Positions 10,234-20,282 of a stretch of 62,541 nt of DNA are shown here, in pieces. The stretch's first letter is position 1. Every line of letters starts with the position of its first letter. The notes under the pieces are model-generated. The model saw only the letters and a list, made by a program, of their open reading frames with translations, was not told where the DNA came from and did not search any database. Source of the stretch: an uncultured Acidimicrobiia bacterium (lineage in GTDB: Bacteria; Pseudomonadota; Alphaproteobacteria; Kiloniellales; J153). The DNA is taken from positions 1 to 62,541 of the forward strand of contig CAXMQD010000251.1 of the NCBI GenBank assembly GCA_964194965.1, in the 5' to 3' direction. The position numbers and the translations under genes are program-made.

Positions 10234-13122
10234 ATGATGGCGGAGAAAACGGCCGCCAGAGGGTCGGGTGCCGTCGATACGTCGCCCTCTCTGGGCGACG
10301 AGGTCAAGTACACCACCTGCTACATGTGCGCTTGCCGGTGCGGGATCAAGGTCTACCTGCAGGACGGCGGCGTCCGCTACATCCAGGGAAATCGCGACCA
10401 TCCGGTAAACAAGGGCGTCCTATGCGCCAAAGGCGCGGCCGGCATCATGCAATTGAATTCGCCGGCGCGGCTGACCAAGCCCTTGCGGCGTGTCGGCGAT
10501 AGGGGCAGCGGAGAATTCGAAGAGATCGAGTGGGATGAGGCCCTCGATATCGCCACCGCATGGCTGGCCCGGGCCCGGGCAACCGATCCGCACAGGCTCG
10601 CCTTTTTCACCGGCCGCGATCAAAGCCAGTCCCTGACGTCGTGGTGGGCGCAACAGTTCGGCACGCCCAACTACGCCGCACACGGTGGGTTCTGCTCGGT
10701 CAACATGGCCGCCGCCGGCCTCTACACCGTGGGCAGTGCCTTCTGGGAATTCAGCGAACCGGACTGGGAACACACCCGTTATTTCATGATGTTCGGCGTC
10801 GCCGAGGATCACGATTCCAATCCCATCAAGATCGGACTTGGCAAACTCAAAGGCAAGGGCGTCAAGTTCGTCTCCGTCAACCCGATTCGAACCGGCTACT
10901 CCGCCATCGCCGACGAATGGCTGGCCATCACGCCGGGGACCGATGGGCTGTTCGTCTTATCTCTGGTCCACGAATTGTTGCGGGCCGGCAAGGTAGATGT
11001 CGAATACCTGCGCCGCTACACCAACGCCGGCTGGTTGGTGATCCAGGATCCGGGTGGGGCCGAGGACGGTCGTTTCGCCCGTGACGAAGACGGCCGGGTT
11101 CTCTGCTGGGACCACCGCGAGGGCGCGATTGCCGACGCCTTGGCGGGTGACGCGGCGCCGAGTCTCAAGGGCTCGATCAGCCTTCCGGACGGACGAAGCG
11201 CCCGGCCATCGTTCCACATCCTGGCCGAGCGGTACCTCGACGCGCAATACAGTCCCGACGCGGTGGCATCGCGGGTCGGGTTGACCGCCGAGACCATTCG
11301 CCGCATCGCCGCCGAACTGGCGCACGCCGCCTTCGAGCAAGATGTTGTTATCGAGCAGCCGTGGACCGACTGGACCGGTCGGCGCCACGACCGCATGATC
11401 GGCCGCCCGGTCAGCATCCATGCCATGCGCGGCATATCCGCCCATTCCAACGGCTTTCACACTTGCCGCGCCATCCACTTGTTGCAGATTCTGCTCGGCA
11501 GCATCGACACCCCCGGGGGCATGCGTTTCAAACCGCCGTACCCCAAATCGCTCGCTTCGCTTCCCCAACCCTTCGGCCTCAAGGAGGACATCAAACCGAA
11601 CACGCCGCTGCGCGGCCCGCATCTGGGCTTCCCGAAGTCGCCTAAGGGGTTGCTCATCGACGCCGGTGGCAAGCCCCGGCGAATCGACAAAGCCTTCTCC
11701 TGGGAAGCCCCTCTAGCGGTTCACGGGATGATGCACATGGTCATCACCAACGCATGGAAGGGAGACCCCTATCCGATCGACACCCTGTTCATGTACATGT
11801 CCAACATGGCGTGGAATTCGGCCATGAACACCACCGACACCATGCGCATGCTGACCGACAAGGATGCGGCGACAGGCCAGTACAAAATCCCCCGGTTCAT
11901 TTATTCCGACGCCTTCTACTCCGAAACCGTTGCCTACGCCGATCTGGTGCTGCCCGACACCACGTACCTGGAGCGATTTGACTGCATCTCCTTGCTCGAC
12001 CGCCCGATCAGCGACGCCGACGGCGTCGCCGATGCGATTCGCCACCCCGTGGTCGAACCCGACCGCGACGTGCGTCCTTTTCAGTCCGTGTTGCTCGATC
12101 TGGGTGCGCGTCTGGGCCTTGCCGGCATGATCGATAAGGATGGCCAACCCAAGTACCCCGGCGGCTACCGCGATTACATTATCAATCATGAACGCCGCCC
12201 CGGCATCGGCCCCCTGGCGGGCTGGCGCGGCGCCGGCGGCGATGAGACCGCTCGGGGCGATCCCAATCCAGATCAGATCGACCGCTACATCGAGAACCAG
12301 TGCTTCTGGCGCCAGGAGCTGGCGCCCGAGAACAAGTACTTCCGCAACGTCAATCGCGACTATCTGGCCTATGCCGTCAAGATGGGCTTCGTGGTCGATA
12401 ACCAGCCGATCATTTGTCAGATCTACAGCGAGGAATTGCAGAGCTTCCGCCTCGCCGCCCAAGGGCACGGCCCCTTGCAGCCCCCGGCGGAGCACCGCGA
12501 CCGCATCGAAAAATACTTCGATCCCTTGCCCATCTGGTATCCGCCATTCGAAGACCAGTTGGCCGGCGATTACCCCTTGCACGCGGTCACTCAGCGGCCC
12601 ATGGCGATGTATCATTCTTGGGGCTCGCAGAACGCCTGGCTCCGGCAGATTCACGGCAGCAACCGCCTCTACGTGCCGTGTGCCGCCGCCGAGAAATTGG
12701 GGATCGGGGATGACGACTGGGTCTGGCTGATCAGCCGCAGCGGGCGCATCAAGGTTCAGGTCCAGCTAATGGAAGGGGTGAACCGCGACACGGTATGGAC
12801 CTGGAATGCCATCGGCAAGCGGGCCGGGGCGTGGAACCTGGACCCCGGGGCGCCCGAAGCCCGACAGGGGTTCTTGCTCAACCATCTGATCGACGAACTG
12901 CTGCCAGAGCGCGACGGGGGCCACCGCTATTCCAATTCCGATCCGGTGACCGGACAGGCGGCATGGTACGACCTGATGGTTCGCATGGAACCGGCCGAAG
13001 GGGCGGAGGCGACGGAGCCGACGGAGCCGCAGTTCCCGGTGCTTCCCTTGCCCGCGGGAATGACGGAACGGCCGCGGATCATAAGCTTCGGTGCCGAATT
13101 CCATAAACCACGGCGCACCTGA
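10234..13122 (+). CDS. soeA: Molybdopterin (bis-MGD) oxidoreductase catalytic subunit without Tat signal; SoeA-like (candidate sulfite dehydrogenase (quinone) subunit A)
   Basis: 962 aa. N-terminal FS0 motif C-x2-C-x3-C-x27-C in 'CYMCACRCGIKV...VLCAKG'. No RRxFLK twin-arginine motif before it. GAGG lies 6-7 nt upstream of the ATG. Followed by FeS and NrfD-like subunits. Confidence 0.75.
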   Translation: MMAEKTAARGSGAVDTSPSLGDEVKYTTCYMCACRCGIKVYLQDGGVRYIQGNRDHPVNKGVLCAKGAAGIMQLNSPARLTKPLRRVGDRGSGEFEEIEWDEALDIATAWLARARATDPHRLAFFTGRDQSQSLTSWWAQQFGTPNYAAHGGFCSVNMAAAGLYTVGSAFWEFSEPDWEHTRYFMMFGVAEDHDSNPIKIGLGKLKGKGVKFVSVNPIRTGYSAIADEWLAITPGTDGLFVLSLVHELLRAGKVDVEYLRRYTNAGWLVIQDPGGAEDGRFARDEDGRVLCWDHREGAIADALAGDAAPSLKGSISLPDGRSARPSFHILAERYLDAQYSPDAVASRVGLTAETIRRIAAELAHAAFEQDVVIEQPWTDWTGRRHDRMIGRPVSIHAMRGISAHSNGFHTCRAIHLLQILLGSIDTPGGMRFKPPYPKSLASLPQPFGLKEDIKPNTPLRGPHLGFPKSPKGLLIDAGGKPRRIDKAFSWEAPLAVHGMMHMVITNAWKGDPYPIDTLFMYMSNMAWNSAMNTTDTMRMLTDKDAATGQYKIPRFIYSDAFYSETVAYADLVLPDTTYLERFDCISLLDRPISDADGVADAIRHPVVEPDRDVRPFQSVLLDLGARLGLAGMIDKDGQPKYPGGYRDYIINHERRPGIGPLAGWRGAGGDETARGDPNPDQIDRYIENQCFWRQELAPENKYFRNVNRDYLAYAVKMGFVVDNQPIICQIYSEELQSFRLAAQGHGPLQPPAEHRDRIEKYFDPLPIWYPPFEDQLAGDYPLHAVTQRPMAMYHSWGSQNAWLRQIHGSNRLYVPCAAAEKLGIGDDDWVWLISRSGRIKVQVQLMEGVNRDTVWTWNAIGKRAGAWNLDPGAPEARQGFLLNHLIDELLPERDGGHRYSNSDPVTGQAAWYDLMVRMEPAEGAEATEPTEPQFPVLPLPAGMTERPRIISFGAEFHKPRRT

Positions 13123-13123
13123 C

Positions 13124-13840
13124 ATGACCAGTCTGCCAAAGACACCGCCGCCCAAACGCCTCGGCCTGGTCATCGACCTGGACACCTGCGTCGGTTGCCA
13201 TGCCTGCGCCGTCGCGTGCAAGGAATGGAACACCGGCGGCTACCACGCCCCTCTGACCGACCGGAACCCCTACCAGGCCGGGGCCGACGGCGTTTGGTTG
13301 AACCGCATTCACAGCTTCGAGGTCGGCGACGCGCGGACCGTCAACTTCCCCAAGTCCTGTCTCCATTGCGAGGACGCGGCCTGCGTCACCGTCTGCCCCA
13401 CGGGGGCCTCCTACAAACGGGAGGAGGATGGCATCGTTCTCGTCGATGAAGACCTGTGCATCGGATGCAAACTGTGTTCCTGGGCCTGTCCCTACGGCGC
13501 CCGCGAGTTCGACACCGACCAAGGCGTGATGAAGAAATGTACGCTCTGCATCGATCGTATCTATAACCAGAACCTGGAAGAGATCGAACGGCAGCCGGCC
13601 TGCGTGATCACCTGCCCGGTCAACGCCCGCCACTTCGGCGATCTCGCCGATCCCGGATCCGAGGTCTCGAAGCTGGTCGAGGAAAGGGGCGGCTACGACC
13701 TGATGGCGGAGATGGGATACAAGCCGACCAACAAGTATCTGCCCCCCCGGAAGCCCGTAAAGGCGCCCCAGGCGACCATGGCCGAGCCCGCGCCCGATCA
13801 GCCGTTTCTAAGCTGGCTCGACTCCGTCCTGTCGCCTTAG
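13124..13840 (+). CDS. soeB: 4x[4Fe-4S] ferredoxin-type electron-transfer subunit; SoeB-like
   Basis: Track ORF is 13091..13840 (GTG). The ATG at 13124 lies 1 nt after the soeA stop. Cys clusters are 'CVGCHACAVACKEWN', 'CLHCEDAACVTVCP', 'CIGCKLCSWACPYGA' and 'CTLCIDR...ACVITCP'. The start is uncertain by 11 codons. Confidence 0.8.
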   Translation: MTSLPKTPPPKRLGLVIDLDTCVGCHACAVACKEWNTGGYHAPLTDRNPYQAGADGVWLNRIHSFEVGDARTVNFPKSCLHCEDAACVTVCPTGASYKREEDGIVLVDEDLCIGCKLCSWACPYGAREFDTDQGVMKKCTLCIDRIYNQNLEEIERQPACVITCPVNARHFGDLADPGSEVSKLVEERGGYDLMAEMGYKPTNKYLPPRKPVKAPQATMAEPAPDQPFLSWLDSVLSP

Positions 13841-13858
13841 CACGACCGCGTCGCCGTC

Positions 13859-14800
13859 ATGCATCCAGGGTTTTCCGTCATCCTATTTACCGCCACGACC
13901 GGGGCGGGCTACGGCATGTTGGTCCTGCTCGGGTTGCTTGGGTTCGCCGGACTGGTGCCGGCGGATTTCTGGTTCGGCTTGACCGCCTTCGGGGTTGCCC
14001 TCGGGGCCATCACCGTCGGCTTGTTGTCGTCCACGTTCCACCTCGGCCATCCCGAAAGGGCTTGGCGGGCGTTCAGTCAATGGCGTTCGTCCTGGTTGTC
14101 CCGGGAAGGGGTTTTGGCCGTGGTCACCTATGGGCCGGCCGGCTTGTTCGCCCTGAGCTGGGTTTTCCTGGCCGACAACGGAAACCTCCTAGGCCCGGTG
14201 ACGGCTGTTCTTGCGGCCGTCACCGTCTTCTGCACGGCCATGATATATCGCTCCCTCACCACCATCCACCAGTGGTGCAACGCCTGGGTGGTTCCCAATT
14301 ACCTGGCCTTGGGACTGATGACCGGGGCGGTTTGGTTGAACCTGCTGTTGGCCGCCTTCGGCCTGGCGAATTCGAAATTCGCCCTGTTTACGGCCGCCGT
14401 CGTGGCGGTGGCGGCGGCCCTGAAACTTGCCTATTGGAATTTCATCGATACCACGGCCCACCCAAGCACGCCGGAAAGCGCCACCGGCCTCGGCGGCCTG
14501 GGCAAGGTGCGTCTGTTCGCGGGGCCGCACACGGAAGAGAACTTCCTGATGAAGGAAATGGGCTACAGGATCGCCCGCAAGCACAGCCGAAAGCTGCGCC
14601 GGATCGCCATCACGGCCGCGTTCGCGGTCCCTCTGGGCCTGACCCTGATCGCGGCGCTGATTCCGCCGGGCCTCCTCCCGGTCGCCTGCGCGGGGCTCGC
14701 CGCCACCTCCGCCAGTATCGGCGTCCTAATCGAACGCTGGCTGTTCTTTGCCGAGGCCAAACACGTGGTCACCTTGTTTTACGGCGGCGAACGCGCTTAA
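13859..14800 (+). CDS. soeC: NrfD/DmsC-like polytopic membrane anchor subunit; SoeC-like
   Basis: 313 aa, about 8 hydrophobic segments, and follows the FeS subunit after 18 nt. The 14062..14886 ORF in another frame is Arg/Gly/Pro-rich and rejected. Confidence 0.75.
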   Translation: MHPGFSVILFTATTGAGYGMLVLLGLLGFAGLVPADFWFGLTAFGVALGAITVGLLSSTFHLGHPERAWRAFSQWRSSWLSREGVLAVVTYGPAGLFALSWVFLADNGNLLGPVTAVLAAVTVFCTAMIYRSLTTIHQWCNAWVVPNYLALGLMTGAVWLNLLLAAFGLANSKFALFTAAVVAVAAALKLAYWNFIDTTAHPSTPESATGLGGLGKVRLFAGPHTEENFLMKEMGYRIARKHSRKLRRIAITAAFAVPLGLTLIAALIPPGLLPVACAGLAATSASIGVLIERWLFFAEAKHVVTLFYGGERA

Positions 14801-15021
14801 GTCCTAGAGACGGACATCTCCTCCCCCGCTTTCGAAGGATGCCGATGCGGGATTTAGGGCCAGCGCTGGCCTGGCGAATTCCCTGATTTGAAGGATATTT
14901 TAGGAACCCTTGGATAGACTAGGTGCGGCATGACCTAAGAAATTTACACTTCAAAAATTGTTTTTTTTGGGGACCCGCTAGATCATGATCGATCTCTCGT
15001 CCCAGCCAAAAGGGGAATTAG

Positions 15022-16047
15022 GTGTCCGATACCAAATTAGCTGAGCGGCTCGAGATTTTTTCGACCTGTCCGCAGTCCAAGGATGTGGGCCGCGACGCCT
15101 ATATCCAGCGGGTGGTGGATGTGTCGCAGTGGAGTGAATCCTTGGGCTGCACAGGGATTTTGGTCTATACCGACAACGGGATTGCCGACCCTTGGCTGGT
15201 TTCGCAAATCATCATCCAGAATACCCAGCGCTTGGCCCCCCTCTTGGCAATTCAGCCCATCTATATGTCGCCCTACACCGCGGCCAAAATGGTCTCGACG
15301 CTGGCCTTGCTGCATGGGCGGCGGGTCTATCTCAACATGCTGGCCGGGGGCTTCAAAAATGACCTGGCCACGCTCAACGATATGACGCCACATGATGATC
15401 GCTATGTGCGGACCATCGAATATACGTTGATTATCAAACGTCTCCTGGAAAGCGGGCAGCCGGTAAGTTTCAAGGGAAAGTACTACACGATTAAGAACTT
15501 GAAAATGACGCCGGAGCTGCCGCCCGAATTGTTCCCCGGAATTATGATCTCGGGCTCGTCGGACGCGGGCATGGCGGCGGCGCGGGCCATCGGGGCCACG
15601 GCGGTGAGGTATCCCAAGCCGCCCGGCGAAGAACTTGGCGTCGCGCCAGATTTATCCGTCCGCTGTGGGGTCAGGATCGGCATCATCGCGCGCCAGGACC
15701 GCGACGAAGCTTGGCGTGTCGCGCGCGAGCGTTTCCCCGACGCCCGCCGGGGCCAGATCGCGCACGGTCTCGCCATGAAATCGAGCGATTCGGTGTGGCA
15801 CAAGCAGTTGTCTCAATTGGAGGTCGAGACGGCGGAAGAGGACAACCCCTATTGGCTGGGCCCGTTCCAAAATTACAAGACCTTCTGTCCCTACCTGGTC
15901 GGGACCTACGAGCGGGTCGCTCGGGAGGTCGGCGATTATATTGCCAAGGGCTACCGGACCTTCATCCTGGACATTCCCCCGTCCTATGAAGAACTCGAGC
16001 ATACGGGCAAGGTTTTCAAGAGAGCCTTGGAACTCGAGGTCGCATGA
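15022..16047 (+). CDS. Luciferase-like (LLM class) flavin-dependent monooxygenase, SsuD/MsuD-related by eye
   Basis: 341 aa, GTG start with AAGGGGA upstream. 'GCTGILVYTDNGIADPWLVSQIIIQNTQRLAPLLAIQP...TAAKMVSTLALLHGRRVYLNMLAGG' parallels the SsuD TIM-barrel core. The stop overlaps the next gene's start. Confidence 0.8.
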   Translation: MSDTKLAERLEIFSTCPQSKDVGRDAYIQRVVDVSQWSESLGCTGILVYTDNGIADPWLVSQIIIQNTQRLAPLLAIQPIYMSPYTAAKMVSTLALLHGRRVYLNMLAGGFKNDLATLNDMTPHDDRYVRTIEYTLIIKRLLESGQPVSFKGKYYTIKNLKMTPELPPELFPGIMISGSSDAGMAAARAIGATAVRYPKPPGEELGVAPDLSVRCGVRIGIIARQDRDEAWRVARERFPDARRGQIAHGLAMKSSDSVWHKQLSQLEVETAEEDNPYWLGPFQNYKTFCPYLVGTYERVAREVGDYIAKGYRTFILDIPPSYEELEHTGKVFKRALELEVA

Positions 16048-17723
16048 CCCGGCTGTTGCAGGACTGGGCAACGCGCCAGGTTGAACGACGGCCAGATGCG
16101 ACCGCGGTGGTCATGCGGGGCCGACGCTTGAGTTACAGCGAGGTCGAGCAAGCGAGCAATCGCCTGGCGCGCATGCTCCATAACGTCGGTTGCACCAAAG
16201 GCGACCGGGTCTGCCTTCTAGCTCCCAAATCTCCCGACGCCATCGTGGCCATCCACGCCATCCTCAAGGCCGGTTGCCTAGTTGTGCCGATGGACGCGCA
16301 GAGCCCGGCGCCTAGGTTGGCGAAGATCATCGAAGCCTGCGGTCCACGCCTTATATTGGCGAGCGCGGCGACGATCGCTCGGCTCGGGGAGCTGCGGTCG
16401 ATCTCCGATCGTGCGCGATGCGCACGGATCGGCTATCTGGAGGTCGGCATCCCAGATTGCGCCGGAATCGAGGTCGCTTTTCGGCCCGAAGATGTCGCGG
16501 GCGAGTCCCCCGAGCCGGAAGATCGCGGCTCCGACGGCGCGGACCCTGCTTACCTTCTTTTTACCTCGGGCTCCACGGGCACGCCCAAGGGTGTGGTCGT
16601 CACCCACGCGAACGTGGTTGGCTTCGTCGATTGGGCAGGTGACTATTTCGACCTCGGGCCATCGGATCGGATCTCGCAACATCCGCCGCTTCATTTCGAT
16701 TTGTCGATCTTCGACATCTTCGGCGCGTCCGCGGCCGGGGCGGAGCTGCACCTAGTGCCGCCGGAGATGAACCTGCGGCCCGACAGGCTGACCGAGTTTA
16801 TTCGCGATAGTGCGCTCACCCAGTGGTTCTCGGTGCCTTCCGTGCTCGGATATCTCGCCAAATTCGACGTGGTCGGCCAGGGCGATTTTCCGTTGCTCAA
16901 GCGCTTGCTTTGGTGCGGCGAAGTCCTGTCGACCCCGACCCTGGTTCACTTCATGCGGCGCTTGCCCCACGTGCAGTTCACTAATCTCTACGGGCCGACC
17001 GAGGCGACCATCGCGAGCAGCTATTACACCGTGCCGAGCTGCCCCGAGGACCCGGCCGCGGCGATTCCCATCGGCCGGCCGTGCGGCGGCGAGGATCTCC
17101 TCGTCTTGGACGGCAATCTCGATCCGGTCGGCCCAGGGGTCGCCGGCGATCTCTATATCCGCGGCATCGGTCTCAGTCCCGGTTACTGGGAGGATCGCAA
17201 TCTGACTCGAGCCGCCTTCCTCGACGGCCCCCCGGTCCGGTCCCGCCACGCCCGGATTTACAAGACCGGCGACTTGGCACGGATTGGAGAAAACGGGCTG
17301 ATCTATTTTCTCGGCCGAGCGGATTCCCAGATCAAAAGCCGAGGCTATCGAATCGAGCTGGGCGAGATCGAGGCGGCTTTGGAGACCGTCGGTCAACTGT
17401 CGGCCGTTGCGGTCATCGCCATTGACGCCGGCGGCTTCGAGGGCGCGACGATCTGTTGTGCCTATGAGCCCCAGAACGGTGCCGAGGTTTCAGCGAGAAG
17501 CCTGCGTGCTGCGCTCGGCACAAAGTTGCCGAGTTACATGATTCCGACACGGTGGTTGACGTTCGACACCTTGCCGAAGACCGCCAATGGCAAAGTCGAC
17601 CGCCAGCGCCTGCGAGAGGAAGCGAAAGGTTGGCCGCTGGGCCGGACCGCGGCAGCGGCGGCGCCGGGTCCTCGGGCGGGGAAGGGGGCGCTCGCCAGTT
17701 CAGGGGCCGATGAAGGCGTATGA
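16044..17723 (+). CDS. Stand-alone amino-acid adenylation enzyme (DltA / NRPS A-domain-like)
   Basis: 559 aa. Motifs: A3 'LLFTSGSTGTPKGVVVTH', A4 'HFDLSIFDIF' (Asp that binds the alpha-amino group), A5 'NLYGPTEAT', A7 'YKTGDLAR', A8 'GRADSQIKSRGYRIELGEIE', A10 'LPKTANGKVDR'. No C, T or TE domain is fused. Confidence 0.9.
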   Translation: MTRLLQDWATRQVERRPDATAVVMRGRRLSYSEVEQASNRLARMLHNVGCTKGDRVCLLAPKSPDAIVAIHAILKAGCLVVPMDAQSPAPRLAKIIEACGPRLILASAATIARLGELRSISDRARCARIGYLEVGIPDCAGIEVAFRPEDVAGESPEPEDRGSDGADPAYLLFTSGSTGTPKGVVVTHANVVGFVDWAGDYFDLGPSDRISQHPPLHFDLSIFDIFGASAAGAELHLVPPEMNLRPDRLTEFIRDSALTQWFSVPSVLGYLAKFDVVGQGDFPLLKRLLWCGEVLSTPTLVHFMRRLPHVQFTNLYGPTEATIASSYYTVPSCPEDPAAAIPIGRPCGGEDLLVLDGNLDPVGPGVAGDLYIRGIGLSPGYWEDRNLTRAAFLDGPPVRSRHARIYKTGDLARIGENGLIYFLGRADSQIKSRGYRIELGEIEAALETVGQLSAVAVIAIDAGGFEGATICCAYEPQNGAEVSARSLRAALGTKLPSYMIPTRWLTFDTLPKTANGKVDRQRLREEAKGWPLGRTAAAAAPGPRAGKGALASSGADEGV

Positions 17724-18646
17724 GAATCTTGCTTGTCGCCGAAGAGTCGGCCGGAATGCGGTGTCTCAAGGAGTTGGTCAAGGCCGAACATCAGATTGTC
17801 GGTGTCGTGGCCTCGCCGGATCGCGGTACCGCCAAGGCTCCGAGCGTCTGGCGCACGGCCCAGGCCATGGGGCTGCGGCGCTGGCCCGTCGAAAACGTCA
17901 GGCGAGATACGTTTACACCTACGATGGCGGCGGAAGACCTCGACGTTATTCTCAACGTTCATTCGCTCTACGTGATCCACGAATCGGTTTTGGCGTGCGC
18001 CCGGCTGGGCGCCTTCAACCTGCATCCTGGGCCGCTGCCGCGCTATGCCGGGCTCAATGCGCCGAGCTGGGCGATTTACAACGGCGAGAAAACCCATAGT
18101 GTCACGCTGCACAAGATGGCGGCCGGGATCGATACCGGGGCGATCGTGTTCGAGACTCCCTTCGACATCGCCGAGGAGGACACGGGCCTCACGGTCATGA
18201 CCAAGTGCATTAAACTGGGGATCCCGCTCATCGGACGCTTGCTGGAGACACTTGATAGGGATCCGACCTCGCTGCCGCTAGCACCCCAGGACCTGTCGCA
18301 CCGGCGTTATTTTGGGCGCGAGGTGCCGCGGAACGGGCGCCTATGTTGGGCGCGGCCGGCCGAGCGGATCATTCGTTTTGTCCGAGCTTCCGACTACTAT
18401 CCCTTTGCCTCGCCTTGGGGCCACCCGACAGCGCGACTGAACGGCCGCGACATCGGCATCGTGAAGGCCGGACTTACGGGGCGAGCGGCCGAAGGGCCGC
18501 CGGGGACCGTTACCTCGAGCGATCCCGACGGCGTGACGATCGCGTGCGTGGATGAAGCCATTTCGGTTCGTGCGATCCGCCTCGAGGCCGAGGTGGTGGC
18601 GGCAGCCGAGGTGTTCCAGGTCGGCCAGCGGCTGCACGATGGCTGA
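17720..18646 (+). CDS. Formyltransferase (Fmt / ArnA-N-terminal-like, N10-formyl-THF dependent)
   Basis: 308 aa, ATGA overlap with the adenylase gene. 'FNLHPGPLPRYAG' carries the catalytic Asn and His, and 'GIDTGAIV' the Asp. A C-terminal Fmt-like domain is present. Confidence 0.85.
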   Translation: MRILLVAEESAGMRCLKELVKAEHQIVGVVASPDRGTAKAPSVWRTAQAMGLRRWPVENVRRDTFTPTMAAEDLDVILNVHSLYVIHESVLACARLGAFNLHPGPLPRYAGLNAPSWAIYNGEKTHSVTLHKMAAGIDTGAIVFETPFDIAEEDTGLTVMTKCIKLGIPLIGRLLETLDRDPTSLPLAPQDLSHRRYFGREVPRNGRLCWARPAERIIRFVRASDYYPFASPWGHPTARLNGRDIGIVKAGLTGRAAEGPPGTVTSSDPDGVTIACVDEAISVRAIRLEAEVVAAAEVFQVGQRLHDG

Positions 18647-18664
18647 ATCGAATCGCAATAATTT

Positions 18665-18934
18665 TTGGGACACTGTACGATCTTGACCGACGAACAGAAC
18701 TTGAAAAGGCTGGAAGCGATCTTTTCCGAGCAATTGAATATCGCGGTGCCCGCGCGCGACACGGACTTGATCGGTGAAGGCTATCTCGACTCGGTGATGT
18801 TCGTGGATCTTCTTTTGGTTTTGGAGCAAGAGTTCGGAATCACTATTCCACTCGAGCAGTTGGAATTCGACAACTTCCAAACCATCAACAAGATCGCGGA
18901 CTTTGTCGAAAGTCAGGCCGTGGGCCTGGAATGA
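18665..18934 (+). CDS. Acyl/aminoacyl carrier protein (DltC-like)
   Basis: 89 aa (TTG at 18665; alternative TTG at 18683). Phosphopantetheine-site motif 'GEGYLDSVMFVDLLLVLEQEFGI' closely parallels DltC 'EEGLLDSFGTVELLLAIENRF'. Confidence 0.8.
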   Translation: MGHCTILTDEQNLKRLEAIFSEQLNIAVPARDTDLIGEGYLDSVMFVDLLLVLEQEFGITIPLEQLEFDNFQTINKIADFVESQAVGLE

Positions 18935-18991
18935 TCGTGACTCTTCGAGCTTGCACGGCACTGGTCCGGCCCCGGTCTGGAATCTGACTCC

Positions 18992-20041
18992 ATGTCAATC
19001 GAATACACCAATCTGAGCCTGGAGCGCCTCGACGATGTCAAGGGCCTGATGCTGCCGATATGGGAAAGACGATGGGGCGAGGACTTCGCGCGGGCGTTCT
19101 TTCGCTGGCGGTTCTTCGAGCGCCCCCTCTGGGACGCGGCTCTTGCGTATGATGGAACCTGCCTTGTAGCCTTCCTCGATTCCTTTATCCGTCGGTGTCG
19201 TGTCGGCACGCAGATCATTCCCATCCGCCAGACCGCCGATTGGTTTTGTCACCCCGATTACCGGCCGGTCGTCGGCATCAAGATCATGCGGATGATGATG
19301 GACAAGCCCGAGCCCATGCTGGTCGTGGGCGGCAACAAGAACACGCAGAACGTCTTGCCGCGTCTGCGTTGGCACTCGCTACCGGACGTGCCGCGATTCG
19401 TTCTTCCGACCGGGTCCGGCGTCATGTTCAAAGGCCTCTCGCGTCTACTCCGAATCCCAACGTCGGCATTTCCGTCGGCACTGGGGCGACTGCCTTCCTT
19501 CCGCGTGTTCGGCGGTCGCCGAGGGGCGGCTCCGAACGGAACCGGCTCGGTCTTCCGTCTTCGCGACTCGGAGTCGCTGCCCGAGATCGCCCCGCCCCCC
19601 GACAGCTGTGCCCTCGGCGCGGTCCTCGACCGGGAGGAGGTTGATTGGCTGAACAAGGCTCCCGATGCCATGGGCGACTTCGTCTGGCTGGTTTTTTCGA
19701 TCGACGGGTCGCCCATGGGGTTGTCGCTGAGCAGGGTTTACGAAGAAAAGCCCTTCCGCACGGCCAAGCTGCTGCATTTGCAGGCAACCGACCCTTCGGC
19801 CGCCGCCTACGACTGGATGATCAAAGAGACGGCGGCCTTCCTCGCCGAGTGTGGGGCACAGTGGATCACCGCGCAGTTCGGGGACCCGTTAGTTCTCCAG
19901 GCCCTCGAGAAGACAGGGTACAGGAAAAAGCGGGACGACCAGAAGGCGTTCTGGTGGAATCACGGACAGAAACCGCCCAACGGACCCTATCATCTGACTT
20001 GGGTGTGCGGAGATGAAAGCGTGATGCCCTTTCCGGATTGA
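18992..20041 (+). CDS. Hypothetical protein with two GNAT-like halves (candidate acyl/aminoacyl transferase)
   Basis: 349 aa. By eye both halves have the GNAT pattern: 'ALAYDGTCLVAFLDSF...TADWFCHPDYRPVVGIKIM', and 'WLVFSIDGSPMGLSLSR...AAFLAECGAQWITAQ...LEKTGYRK'. The family assignment is not verified. Confidence 0.55.
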   Translation: MSIEYTNLSLERLDDVKGLMLPIWERRWGEDFARAFFRWRFFERPLWDAALAYDGTCLVAFLDSFIRRCRVGTQIIPIRQTADWFCHPDYRPVVGIKIMRMMMDKPEPMLVVGGNKNTQNVLPRLRWHSLPDVPRFVLPTGSGVMFKGLSRLLRIPTSAFPSALGRLPSFRVFGGRRGAAPNGTGSVFRLRDSESLPEIAPPPDSCALGAVLDREEVDWLNKAPDAMGDFVWLVFSIDGSPMGLSLSRVYEEKPFRTAKLLHLQATDPSAAAYDWMIKETAAFLAECGAQWITAQFGDPLVLQALEKTGYRKKRDDQKAFWWNHGQKPPNGPYHLTWVCGDESVMPFPD

Positions 20042-20282
20042 GCGCCGCGCGCCAGATCCCGAGGCGCCCGCCAAAACGATTTGAGTTCCGAGCGCTTCCC
20101 GGCCGTCGTGCATGGCACGATCACCCTTCTCCTTCATGGAATCTGCCGTGAGGAGCGGATCGCGCCTGGAGAGTCGCAAACAAGCGAGCAATGCCGGGAA
20201 GCTTACGCCGAAAATCTTGGTAAGTCGTCTCTATGAGTCAATACTAAGAACCTTGGGTATGAGGACACGGGGAGGATCATCG

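Noticed and set aside
14062-14886. 274-aa plus-strand ORF overlapping the NrfD-like gene in another frame
   Set aside because: Its product is Arg/Gly/Pro-rich, whereas the 13859..14800 frame gives about 8 clean hydrophobic helices.
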